A stretch of 64,000 bases of DNA, taken from NCBI GenBank assembly GCA_012295275.1, contig CM022671.1, positions 25,978,001 through 26,042,000 of the forward strand, written 5' to 3'. Position numbers and translations under genes: made by a program. This document shows, piece by piece, positions 20,596-48,478 of the stretch. The first letter of the stretch is position 1. Each line of letters opens with the position of its first letter. A model generated the notes under the pieces. That model saw nothing but the letters and a program-made list of their open reading frames with translations. It was not told the origin of the DNA and searched no databases. Source of the stretch: Chrysomallon squamiferum. Its lineage: Eukaryota; Animalia; Mollusca.

Positions 20596-23500
20596 ATGGC
20601 GACTACACCAAGTCGTGTGCAACGCGCGAAATTGAAAAAAAGAATTGGTTACAGACATCATCAGCCATACCAGGTAACAAATAAATAAGTAAATAAATAT
20701 TAATATTATTCACGTAGAATGTTCATATTAAAAAATTAATTTGATATAGTAATTTTTGGTGATTACAGGTGCTCGCAAAAATTTTAAATTTGAGATTTAT
20801 GATCGTAATATATTATCTATGACAGGTTTGTCAGGTTTGGTTATTTGAAAAAAATATAATCCAAAAAAACAATGAACTCCGCCCCAAAAAAACAACAACA
20901 GCCTCGCATTATTACTATTTATTTATTTTTGAATGAGATAAAATAAATATCAATTTAATATAATAGTAATTTACTAGTTTAGTAGTTAAAATATTTTCAT
21001 ATTGTTGTTAGTGTTTATTATCAATATTATCAGATGTAGTCAATTCCATTTCAAAAGAACCTATTGTAGACACTTAAAACAATGTGGAAACCAAATATGT
21101 TTATAATTTAATTATGTTATTAATTATAGTCATTACGTGTAATTTAATGACAGATCATATGTCTTATTTTCATTTGATTAGGTTGCTGTGCAGTGTGCAG
21201 GCCGAATATATGACAGAATCTATGCAACCTTATATGGTGGATGTATTGGAGATGCACTGGGCCTTCTTACTGAGTCTCTATCAAAGGACGAAGCTAAAAA
21301 GGTATACTTGAAAATGATGCCATAACATTGTTAATCAGTGAAACAATAAAAATAAATTTAAAAATTAAATTTACATAAATACACTTACATTATACAGGGA
21401 TTATTCAGTTACAGTTATATAATCCAAGACAGTGAAATGAATTTTATAACTGGTTGTAACCAAGATTAGAAAATATCTGCAATTTGTTACACATTTGGAG
21501 AACTTGGATGTGACTGTATATGTGTATGTGTCTGTGTCTGTGTGCGTCTGTATACATACACATAAGTATTCTCTCACATACACACACATGAGAATAACTG
21601 TTTCGAAAACTTATTAACATTTTTAAGAAAAATTAAGTGTTTTTATTATTTCATACCAAGATGAGAATAAAAGTAAAAAATTGAAATTCATATAAATTAC
21701 ATTTATATATTTTATATTTTGTTAACAGTATTTTCAGTTACATAAAACATTAATTATATACATTTTTTTAAATATTTTTTTTATTAAAGATTTATGGAAA
21801 AGTATGTAATAAACTTGAACTTGTTCACAAGAAATTACTGCAAGATGCACATCGTCGAAAGTGGGCTGTTTACGACTGGACAGAGGAAACAGATATTACA
21901 GTTCTCACTATCCAGTCATTGACTGCCAATAAAGGAAAGGTCTGTTGATTATATTCCATTACAAATGATTCATATTAACACCTTCATTTTTTCTAGTATA
22001 AAATTAAAAATATAATCTTTGATATTTTCAGAGTGAAATTTTCTGTTATTATTTTATATATATACCGGAGGAAATAAATTATTCAAATACTGAAATAGTT
22101 TTGGTTTTCTTTAAAAGGTTTTTATATTATTTAATGTTCCTGAAATAACACTTACTTCTATAACTAATATTTTATTTAAAGTAAAATTGACTTCAACCAT
22201 TTTCAGTTTTATTTGTATTTGAATTTTATTTATGATAAAATGTATAAGCAACATATTCTGTAAAAACAAGAATAAATTTTCTTTTCACATTTTTTGAACT
22301 AGAAAATTATTATGTAATTTTTATGACTGCTGTTCCAGGTTGTTCCTGAAGATTTGGCAAAACGTTTGATGGAATGGTTTGAATGTGGTTTTCCAGAACT
22401 GGCAGACACAAATGGTATTGGACTCTGTACATTCACAAAAAATGTTCTTTCTCATCCACAGTTTTCTGAAAAACCACAAAAGGTAAGGGTGAAAAAATAC
22501 ATAATTTAGTATTTACTATAACAAAAACGTCATAGATTAACCAAAGAAAAAAAATACTGAATGCACAAAATAATGTTGTTTCGTAAGTAATTATAAAATA
22601 TATTATATGTTTATATATTGCATAGAATAATATATATTTTTTTAAGGATTGTTTGTTGCAGATTTTATTTAGTAATCATAATGATAAGCACATGTAAAGG
22701 CTAATTCACATTGTACCATTGTTGTTTGGTATGAACTATATTATCTGTTTTTATATCGGTATTTCTAGATTGTGATAAAATACATAAAACATGTTTTTGT
22801 TAGCATGGATTATATAACAATATTTTTCTTCATTATTCAAGGCAGCGGAAATTGTTTGGAGAAACTCCAGATGTTCTGTTGCAACCAACTGTGCTCTGTC
22901 ACGGGCACCACTGATGGGCATTCACTATTACAATATTCTGGGCAAAGTGATTAAAAATTCACTTGACATCTGCTCTGTGACTGATGCTGATCCAAGGTAA
23001 ATGTAACAGTTTTTATCATTTTGGATATAATTTTGAATAAGAATTCTTAATTGTCTACAAACCAAAGACTCTCTTTCACTCAGGAAAAAAAAAAAAGAGT
23101 AATAAATAATTCGTTTTAATTAAAATAGACGTTTAAAATAACTCTTCTTACATTTTCTTTTCTCATTTTTTTTTATTATCATTATTACCTACACTGATTG
23201 AATTGGATTTTGTATAAAATCAGTTTATTTTAATAGTCATTTTCACGAAGTTCACAAAAGTTTAATTTTATATATGTTTAGCTGGGTCCTTGATGGCTTA
23301 CATGCCTGTTGTTGATATAAGAAAGGTTCATTATAGAGTTCTAATAATGGTAATTGTTTTACAAATAGTAAACATTTGTTTTCCTCCAGTTTTATAATTA
23401 GTGTTTGTATTTTTATCCAGCTAGGATTTTTATTATATTATACAGTCATTATATATTAAGAGTATGTAAGGTTTAGTTAATTGTCTTTTATTAATTGTCA

Positions 23501-25127
23501 GTGTGCATTTCTACAAAGAATCATCAGTCATTTTTACATGATTTTATTTTAATAGGTGTCATGCATCCTGTGTGGCGGTTTCTGTTGCAATTTCAGCCTT
23601 GTTGCAAAAAGACCCCAAACATTTGAAAAAGAATGACCAGTATGATATCGATTCAATAATTGATGAGTCATTTTCATACAGCATGAGGTGTTTACTGGGT
23701 CTGCCATATGAAGAGGTGAATTATTTATTGTTATTCATTCAATCTAATACCAGTATTTGTCTGGCAACCTTGGGACATGGGTTTAGATTGCTGGATTTCA
23801 TAGTTTCCTGGACCAAGGCTTAATATATATTTAAAATATAGAATACACTGAAAAGTAAAGCTAGAAATTTTATTTAACAAATTTATACAAATTAATACTT
23901 TTAAAGCCACTTTTTCTGGTTTTCTTGTCTGGTATCTATCTCTGATAGTAAAACATAACAAGTAAATAAATTCACCCAGTCCAATTTCAGTAACTTTTTC
24001 CCTTATATTTAAAAAAACCCCAGATGACAAACATGCTTTGTTCATTAATTTGAAACTGATTTTTTGAGGTACATATTTTTGGAAAAACAGAATACATAGG
24101 TACATTTTTTTCCCTTTCAAATGCTCTACAGTAATTAATACTTTAAAGCAGTGTTTGTTTCTCAGGTTAAGAAGCTGAAGACTGTGTTACACACCACATC
24201 ATTAAAAGATCTGAAGCTAGATGAGCCTGGCAAAATGAATGACACCTATAAGACATTAGGTGTTGGTTTCTGGGCATTAAAACAAAAGGATTTTCGACAT
24301 GCTATACAGGAGATTGTAATGGAGGTAGGTTTTGATTTTTATTACAGCAATGAAATTATTTTTGAAAAAAAAATTTGTTTTGTTGGCAAAATGTTTCCAT
24401 AAAAAATATTGTCAGTAAAAGAATAAAAGACAACAAACTAATAATATTGGTTCTGTGAAAAAAAAAGTCATGAATCAACTGGTGATAAAATTGCTTTGGT
24501 TTGATTTATTATCCTATTTGAAATTAAAACAACCCCCAAAATGACCAAAGACAGTTATACAGTAAACTGGTAGTGTGTCTTTTCGGAACTGGTTAATTGC
24601 TAGAAATACACTCATTTTTTTAAAAATGTTTTCTCTTTTCCTGTAGGGAGGTGATGCAGATGCCAATGCTAGTTTAGCTGGTTCTATGCTAGGTTGTAAA
24701 CTAGGGCTGCAGGCAATTCCATCCACGTGGATTGAAGATCTGATGCACAGACAATGGCTGGATGATATTATTGACAGGTATTTTTTTTTTTTATAATCTG
24801 TTGTTCAGAACCAAAACTTGAGTCCATCCTTTTTATTAATCATAATTTGTGCCCTTACTCTGCTTATATAGTACTAAAATTAATCTGCTCAGTATTTGTT
24901 CATTTAATTAAAAATCCATAACTTGAGGATGGATAATATTATTATTATTAAATAATTGCCAAACATTTTACTCTATACTGACAGCAGTAGAATTATTTAA
25001 AAGGTAAATTATAACTGATGACCACTGAATGGTATCATTTATGACACTTGCTTTATTTATTGTTTTCAGTTACTTAAATCTGATGGAAAGAGGAGCCTTC
25101 AAACCAAAATGTGAGACCATGGTTTAG
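20596..25127 (+). CDS. ADP-ribosylglycohydrolase (ARH/DraG-fold) family protein, 384 aa, probable pseudoenzyme
   Basis: Nine phase-compatible exons: 20596-20673 (ATG), 21182-21301, 21790-21939, 22339-22482, 22842-22996, 23556-23715, 24166-24324, 24647-24777, 25070-25127 (TAG), totalling 1155 nt. Family motifs occur in order: DRIYATLYGGCIGDALGLLTE, DWTEETD, GFPELADTNGIG, ATNCALSRAPLMG, VTDADPRC, MEGGDADANASLAGSMLGCKLG..IPSTWIEDL. Confidence 0.92.
23805..23985 (+). repeat. Interspersed repeat fragment (copy 1), related to 46050-46200
   Basis: Shares collinear blocks with the second copy: ccaaggcttaatat, acaaattaatac, ctggttttctt, ttcacccagt. Confidence 0.55.
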
Positions 25128-28100
25128 GAGAAAAAAAGAAAAAAAAAAGAACATGGTCATTTTGCTATAAAAGTAGGCCTACCGTGTGATTGTCTTTGTG
25201 CTGTGCCTGTTAATATACTCTAAACTGTACATTATATCAGTAATCTGATTAATTTAGTATAATCAATTTGTTTCTTCTATTTTTAAGCGTCTCTTTCAAA
25301 AGAAAAAAAATCATCATTGTTGAACAGATCTGGATTATGGTGTATAAATCATGCACATAAAAATGCTTTTAACAATCATTACTGATAAAATAAGTACAGT
25401 AGCAGTGAATATTTTATGTCAGTCAGTCTTTTTATCTGTGATATATGCAGGAGTTTTATATATTTTTTCTACTCATTTTAATACAAATAAATAACTTAAA
25501 TCAGTGTGAAGGTTCTGTAATAATACAGGTTATTTGTTATTATTATTATTTTTTTTTTTTATTGTATATAATTAGTTTATAGAAATGTTATTAACTATAT
25601 ATCAATAGAATGTTTACACCAATATATATATATATATGTGGAGAAGAATATCTTGTGTATAGTAAATCTTAGAGGTATGAATAGTATCTGAGTTGTGTAA
25701 CATTCCAAGCAACTATTTTTGTTTACATAGCTAACTTAGCCAGTAACTGAGAACATAATTATAACAAAATATGAATGAATGAAAAGTAAGTTTAATTTCT
25801 TTTTCATGTCTGAAGATTTGACAAAGTTTTTAATGGTTTATTTTTTAAATACAGTCAAGTATTTAATTTAAATTTTTTTTTTTTTTAAACATCTATCTGT
25901 GTGTTAAATAGCTAAAATTATTAACAATAAGAATTAACTGGAAAATACAAGATATTTTTATTGTCTGTTGTGGAAGCTGTAAAGTTTTGTTTTAAACTCA
26001 AATCAATGCATAATAATTCATTAAACATTCACAGCTTGATTTAAAAATAAATTTACAAAATAGATTAGAAAATATTTCTTTGTTTTGCCAAATTTTGGAT
26101 AATCTGATATAATAGTTTTTATTAAGAATGGAATATTGGGCAAGCTTAAGCTTCTTTTTGAATTATATTTAAATATAACTGAATATACAAACATATCATT
26201 TTCAACGTAAGAGAATTTGATAAATAATCATGTATCTTTTTAACATATTTATTAAAATATATTTGTTATTTTTTGTTGTTGCTTTATTTATTTTGCTGGT
26301 TTTAAAAAACTTACTTCAGATATTCTATGTAGATCTACATTTACGGAGTCATTGCCTGACAATTTTCAATATTGTTTTAAACACAGTACGACACTGAATG
26401 TGCTCCAACACATGTATCTATTGACTAACTTATGGTTTCACAAAATAATGTATATATAAAATCTCTGAATAATGGGGTTTTTTTTAACTTGCATGGTGTA
26501 GTATTTGATTTTGAAAGCTATTTAAAAAAAAAAAAAAAAAAAAAATCCTGTTTAAAAATGGAAAGTAATTTTTGCATAACAGAAAAAAATATAATTAATA
26601 ATAAAATAAATAAATAAAGCCATAATGAAATTAAAAGGATTTATTTAATACAAAAACAAGAGAACTATTAAAAATCATGACATATACACAATATATTTAT
26701 TTTAATTCTAAACAAACACATATTTGCCAACAGTTGATTTTTTTTTTAAATTTGTGGTAGAAGCAGTCTCTTTTTGAACAAGAGATTGTAACACTTGTAT
26801 TAATTACATTATTTATAATTTTTATTTATTACTAATTTTTTAAAGTAATAAAACATTTTAAAACAGGCATAAAGTTTAATGTTAGAAGATAAGAAAATTT
26901 ATAAAAATGTTTTTTCAAATTAAACTTATTTTGTTTTGATTATCAGACTATTTTTAACCCAAATTAACTGATTTTCATTTCTAAAAGTTAATAAATATAT
27001 CTGTGTGTCCATATATATGTGTGTATGTATAACGAAAGCTAATACTAAAAGTGAAATATAGAGGAAAGTTCACTAACTGAATAATTCTCCTTAATTTAAA
27101 AAGAAGAACCAAATTAAAAAAAAATTAATAATACTTTTATCTTCGTAATTAACTCTTAATGTCTGAAGAATACTGTAAAAGATAATTTTAATTAATCATG
27201 AGGGTTTTTTTCAGACAATACAAATGAAATAATTAACAATGAAACCCTTTTTTTTAAATTATTATAATTTTTGTATTTTTTAAAGATCTAATTAAAATTT
27301 AATACACGACTGAAACAGGTTTCATGAAAAGAAAATTATATTTTATGTCATACCCATCAGAGATTAAATGCTTCACCAGTATGGCAGGATAAAAATGTTG
27401 AATTGTTTAGAGAAAATGAAAATATTTTTAAAATCAAAAACTACAACATAATGATTTGAAAAGGCAGTGATATTAAAATAATAATAACAATAGTAAAATA
27501 TTAAAAGATGAAAAAATAAACTAGCACCATTAAAAAAAAAAAAAGTAAAAAAAAAAAGGTTTATATTCCAATGATAAAAAATATAATGATTTACATTAAA
27601 TGTATGTCAGATATATCCAATTTGCATTAGCATTTTAAAAATAAATATTGATCTTTTGAATTCTGGAACACCTGAGTGATGAAAGGTGTTCCAAATGTAA
27701 AACAAAATTTTGCTAATATATTTAAAATACCAGATCTGTAAATCCAACTTGACAGTTTGCGTAACAACTGTGATGTAAAATAAGTAAAAATAAAACATTC
27801 TACAATATACCTTCTAATAAAAACAAAACCACCATTGATAAGATGATGCAAGGACATATTTATAAGCAAATATCCCTTTGTTAAAATCCCACATTTTGCT
27901 AAAACAGTCGCATAAAATAAAAAAAGGCAACAAAGCTTTTTATTCTTTTTACAGTGTTCTGTTATCTTTCCCTTTTATGGTTAATTTCTCACTGTTTACA
28001 CCCGTACAGTTAATAGCTATAGAAATAATCTGGCTGTATATTTCAGTATATTAAAATATGTTCATATTACTGTTTATAATATTCCCACAGTGAACTTTTC

Positions 28101-28330
28101 AATGTTCATTTCTTTATGTCAAGACAGCTGTCCACTGAGTATAGCATCATACTTTCATAAAATGGTACATATATAATGAACATGAATTGCATAAAACGAA
28201 TACTGGCAGATTTAAAACAAATGAACCATAAAAATATTCAACATATTTGTTGAAACCTGTCCACTTGAATTTGAAAACACCGAACTGCTGCAGAATGACG
28301 TATTTGTATAGCAATACTGAAGTTTAATAT

Positions 28331-43268
<14,938 letters not shown>

Positions 43269-43435
43269 CTGTGAAGAAAAAAAAAAAAAAAATAATAATA
43301 ATAATATTTTCTGTTTTACATTTATATAAATTTTCATGGTGTTTTTATTATTTTTTTTTTTCCCATTCTGGTCTTTCATTTAACCTTCTAAAAATGTTAA
43401 TTTACAAGAAAAAGAAAACAGGTTTTCATGCATAA

Positions 43436-43506
<71 letters not shown>
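43436..43506. repeat. (AAT)n microsatellite
   Basis: Read directly from the sequence. Confidence 0.95.
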
Positions 43507-43508
<2 letters not shown>

Positions 43509-43909
43509 GCTTATTGTCTTTAACATAAAACAGTCAGAAAAGAATAGTTGCCAAATGTGTTCAGTTTATGAGCTATTTAATGAGCTTTTCAAATTCTGTT
43601 TATAAAAGAAATTTATCTCTCTCTCTCTTTTTTTTTTTTTTCACTATCATCATGACTTGTTTGATAAAAAAACATAACTGATTAGAAAATATACAAATGC
43701 GGGGAGCTAAATTTCTGAGTGTTTTGTTGCAACTTTTGTTGTAAAATACATCAGACACTCAACAACTCTGTTGTAAAGAGACACTGACTGTATTCACAGT
43801 AACACTAAGCTCAAGACTATAAAGGTGTTAACTGAATGGCAGATGATTCTCAGGAATAACAGTCTTGCAGCTAACACAGTAATTACAACACTGTTTAAGT
43901 CTCTCTCTG

Positions 43910-43959
<50 letters not shown>

Positions 43960-44033
43960 CTATACTGAAAAAACAACTTCGACAGGTACTGAGTATTTAG
44001 AGGTTAAATCTTTTAATATAGAAGAACAGGGTA

Positions 44034-45646
44034 AACTTGTTGCATTGAATAACATATAAGAGTAAACAGAGAGGAAACCTATTTCCAATGTATGATGTGC
44101 TGTTCTTTTCTGATTAACAACAAGCATCTTTTAAATGTATATTTATATGGACAGAAAATACATTACCATAGCCTTTGATGAACTAGTCATGAGACATTGT
44201 TTGCTATGGAAAAATATTTCCATTACAGTTACTTAATACAGTCCTTGAAGTTCTTCAGCTGTTTGAAGTTTAATGCTATACAGTATAAATAAATAAAAGA
44301 AACTGGACAAAAGGATATTTTAGGTGCATTACATGAATCGTCAGTTAGGAATAATACAGCTTAAATGACATCTTTAAATGCCATATTTTATAAATTTCAG
44401 GAATTTGCTTCTAATTGTTGTATCTGCATCACACTATGTCCTTCACATGTTTCCGAATTATTCAATAAATAATACTTTTGATTCCATGATAATTTTAAGA
44501 GCTGCAGTCTGGAAAGTCTTAATCTGGTTTTGGTAAAAAAAATCTCTTCCCATTTATCATTTTGTAATGTCTGTATTTAGATGTAGACTTGTAACGTGAT
44601 GGCCAGAAACTCCCCAGGTAATCCCAAGTCAACAATTTATTTTAATTAGCAAAAAACAGTTTTCCTTTAACCAGAAGTAAATAGAACTTGACCACTGTCG
44701 TGGCTGTATCTCACAATGAACTGAACTCCTGCAAAGGTTCTGAACATTTTCAGTATTTCAAAATTCCAATTCTAATAACACCATATCATCATACATCCAT
44801 TTATTAAATTTTATTATTTATTTATCAAAACTCACCAATGATATTATGAGAAATATGAAATAAATCAAAATAAACATACATATAAAAAAGATGGGGTTTT
44901 TTGGGGGGGTCCAAAAAGTTATCAGCTGATTTATAGACAACATCACTGACATTTTTATGATAACTAAATACATGTTGCTGTTTATTAACTGTTACATTGA
45001 GAACATTCTTTAAACAAAATAATGTTAGCAATTTCCAGTTCATGTCTTGTCACCCGCTGAAATACTACATTAAATGTTACCTCCTCCATGCAGAAAACGC
45101 TGTGTTAAAACAGATATCTTAATGGAAATGTCTTCATAAATATGATTCTATGTGTCTTTCAGCACATTTGCTGAAACAAACTGCAATAAAATACATGTAA
45201 CATGAACTGCAATTTCTGGTTTGAACAAGTATTTTCCAATTAAGAACTGAGTGTCATCCTTTTCTGACTCTTAGAAATGTCTTATTCCTCGTTCATGTGG
45301 AACAACAAATTGTCAGTACCATTATTTTTTCAGCATTTGTTCAATGGAGTAAACAGAAAAACAATTTAGGTAACTACAAGATTTCCATTAAGAAAGACAC
45401 ACTTAATTTAATGAGAACTCAACATACTTTTAACTTGTTGCATTGAATAACATATAAGAGTAAACAGAGAGGAAACCTATTTCCAATGTATGATGTGCTG
45501 TTCTTTTCCAATTAACAACAAGCATCTTTTAAATGTATATTTATATGGACAGAAAATACATTACCATAGCCTTTGATGAACTAGTCATGAGACATTGGTT
45601 GCTATGGAAAAATATTTCCATTACAGTTACTTAATACAGTCCTTGA
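44034..45646. repeat. Two near-identical 215-bp direct repeats (44034-44248 and 45432-45646) flanking ~1.18 kb
   Basis: aacttgttgcattgaataacatataagag...ttacttaatacagtccttga occurs twice. I see only about 3 mismatches (tctgatt/tccaatt, attgttt/attggtt). Confidence 0.95.
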
Positions 45647-46049
45647 GATGTAATTATTCACAAAATCATTTCAACAAGTCTTATTACATGTATCTTATGC
45701 TAAAGTTAGTTTGCTTCACTTCTTACACAAAGGCTTTTAGAAAAAGCTTTCTTCAAAGACAAGGGAGCTATTAACCGTATCTTCTCATTATCTGGAAACC
45801 AGACACAGAGAACTGGGTTTTTATCAGGAAGCACTGTAGAGAATGAATCGAAGAGGGTTGATCTCGGAATTCATCACAGCTCAGGTCAGATAATCAAACA
45901 CAAAGTATAGCCTAAAACAATTTTTTTGAGATCACTGGATATAAACCAAAAATTAAATTAAAACATGACTTATTTGGAAGAGAATGACATTTCTAACAGT
46001 AATTCATGTACTAGACCATTCTTAGGACTGCACTTAAAAAAATGTTTGG

Positions 46050-46200
46050 TTTCTGGGCCAAGGCTTAATATTTTAATATTAACTGTACTTAATGAAAACA
46101 AATTAATACACTTCTGAAGCTGGTTTTCTTTCAATTCCACTTTTCTGACAACTGGATAAATGATCCTGTACCTGTAGAAACTTCACCCAGTTCATGATTA
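46050..46200 (+). repeat. Interspersed repeat fragment (copy 2), related to 23805-23985
   Basis: Collinear shared blocks ccaaggcttaatat, acaaattaatac, ctggttttctt, ttcacccagt. Confidence 0.55.
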
Positions 46201-46835
46201 GATCAGGAAATTGTTTATCAACAGACTTTTATAAAGTCAACAACAATTGTTTAATTCATGACAACTGTACAGATTTGACTGATTCATATGAATCACTGAC
46301 ATCAATCACTTAATTCCCTAAATTGCTATCTCAAGCACTTTATGAAATATATTCATCACAACTTGCTATTATTCATTATTTAAAATTTATATATCCCTAT
46401 CAGCAAACATATACTGTGATTATAAGATGTTAGCTTTGAAGTTCCTAATTAAGATAAATGACATTTAACTTTTTAAAACAAAATATTAATTGACATAATA
46501 TATACATTTTATATTTAAAAAAAAAAAAACTGAAACTAAAATGTATGTGGAAAGAACATTTGAGTTTTTAACATTCCAATATTAATTTAATATAGTAAGG
46601 GCATCTTGAATTTTACTTTTTTAACTGATGCTTAAACGATATTCAAAACCAGCTGTCAATAACATTTAAAAAATGTCAGTATTATAATAATTTCAACCAT
46701 TTTCATTTTTTTTTTTAAAGGTTTGTAAAACCAAATGTAAAAAAATTGGCTAGAGAGTAGAGTGAAAGAAATGAATTTTGAAATATAGATATTTAATTAA
46801 GATAGTTATGAATGTCATTTACCAGACAGTTAAAA

Positions 46836-46882
<47 letters not shown>

Positions 46883-48402
46883 ATATATTATTAATAAATA
46901 AAGAAGTAAATTTAGAAGAAAAGAAAAAAAGAATTTTAATTCTAAAGGAAAATAAATAAGTAAAATTTAAAGAAACTGAATTTTCTGATTTAAATAAACT
47001 GCTAATGAAGTTTAAAACACATCCCATTCTAGCACATCTAAGAGTACTTTAACCATATTACCTCTGGGAGTCATTTAGTGTAAAGATATCTCTCTACAAA
47101 TTACAAGAGCATTACATTTGTTAGTGAAAAACTGGTTGTTGTAAATTAAAGAAATTTATCTAGTGAAATTTATGTTGAGAAGATTCTGTTCTGCATTCTT
47201 TGTCCCTGTTACCATTATAAGGTAAGCGACCTTTCATGACAGTTAATTAATCCTGAATGAGATACAGAATAACAGGAATGGATGTTGTTATTAAGAAAAA
47301 CTATAGTCAGGAGATACTGTTTTGAAATAAAAGTACAAATTTAAAGACAACCGTGATGCTAAAAACAGTGACATGTTAGAATAATGACAAAATATGTTTG
47401 GTTTCTTCATGCAAAAAACTATATTTTTTCAAAATGTTAAGTAATTTTCTTTTCAAATTATTTCATTAAAAATGTATTTTCAAATGAAGGCAAAAAAGTT
47501 TAAAAAAAAGTATAACAAAATATCTAAACTAACTGCTAAGTGCAATAAATAATAAAAGTGCAAAACATCACAGCATAACAGCATATAAAAGAAACAGGCT
47601 GTAAACGAACAAACAATAAATAAATTAAATGCTTTATCTCTTTAACCAAGATAATTAAATCAGTGCTTTAAACAAGTGATTTAGAAATGACAACTCTGAT
47701 TTGATTATTGCCAGTTTTAAAATGTGAATGCCATTAACCCACAATGAATTATCTCTGAAGATGTGGCATCTGGAATGTAAGAGCTATTACGAGGGTAACA
47801 AGTAGTGGTGTTAGTTTATACAGACTCTCCTCTCAGTTCCCTGTCTACCAGTAAACATCACTCTGATTGCACTGGAACAGGTGTGCTGCCTTACAGACAA
47901 GATAGTGACTGGTCAGTGGGTCAGACCTCCCACTGTATGCAGCTATCTCAAATAAAAACAAGATGTGAACTGTTTGTCTCATCAATCTTTGCTCCTTAGT
48001 AAACTGATATATGTTGTTAAATAGCTAAGAAACACACACACATAGACAAACACACACATACATACATATGTACATACATAACATACATACATACATACAT
48101 ACATATTTACATACATACATACATACATAAATACATACATAAATACATACATACATACATAATATGTATATGTAGGTATTTCTAAAAGACAAATGTATGT
48201 ACCTTGTCATGGTCAGAAATATTTTGGAATGTCTATAACAGGTATTCTACTATGACTAAGAACATGGATAAAAAAATGTCAGTTTTTCTCATGAGTAATA
48301 ATATTATTAAATAAACCCACTGAGATCTATAAATTAAGTCATCGTAAGAAGAGATTCCAGTTTTGGACAGAAGTCTCTGATAAATATAATTGATTCAAGC
48401 AA

Positions 48403-48403
48403 G

Positions 48404-48438
<35 letters not shown>

Positions 48439-48443
48439 GTATG

Positions 48444-48477
<34 letters not shown>
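48403..48477. repeat. Head-to-head (TG)n-(CA)n microsatellite forming a palindrome
   Basis: A (GT)n run is followed directly by atgtata and an (AC)n run. Confidence 0.9.

Positions 48478-48478
<1 letters not shown>

Noticed and set aside
20596-25127. ARH-like gene as selenoprotein J
   Set aside because: There is no in-frame TGA in the spliced CDS, the stop is TAG, and no SECIS was recognised.
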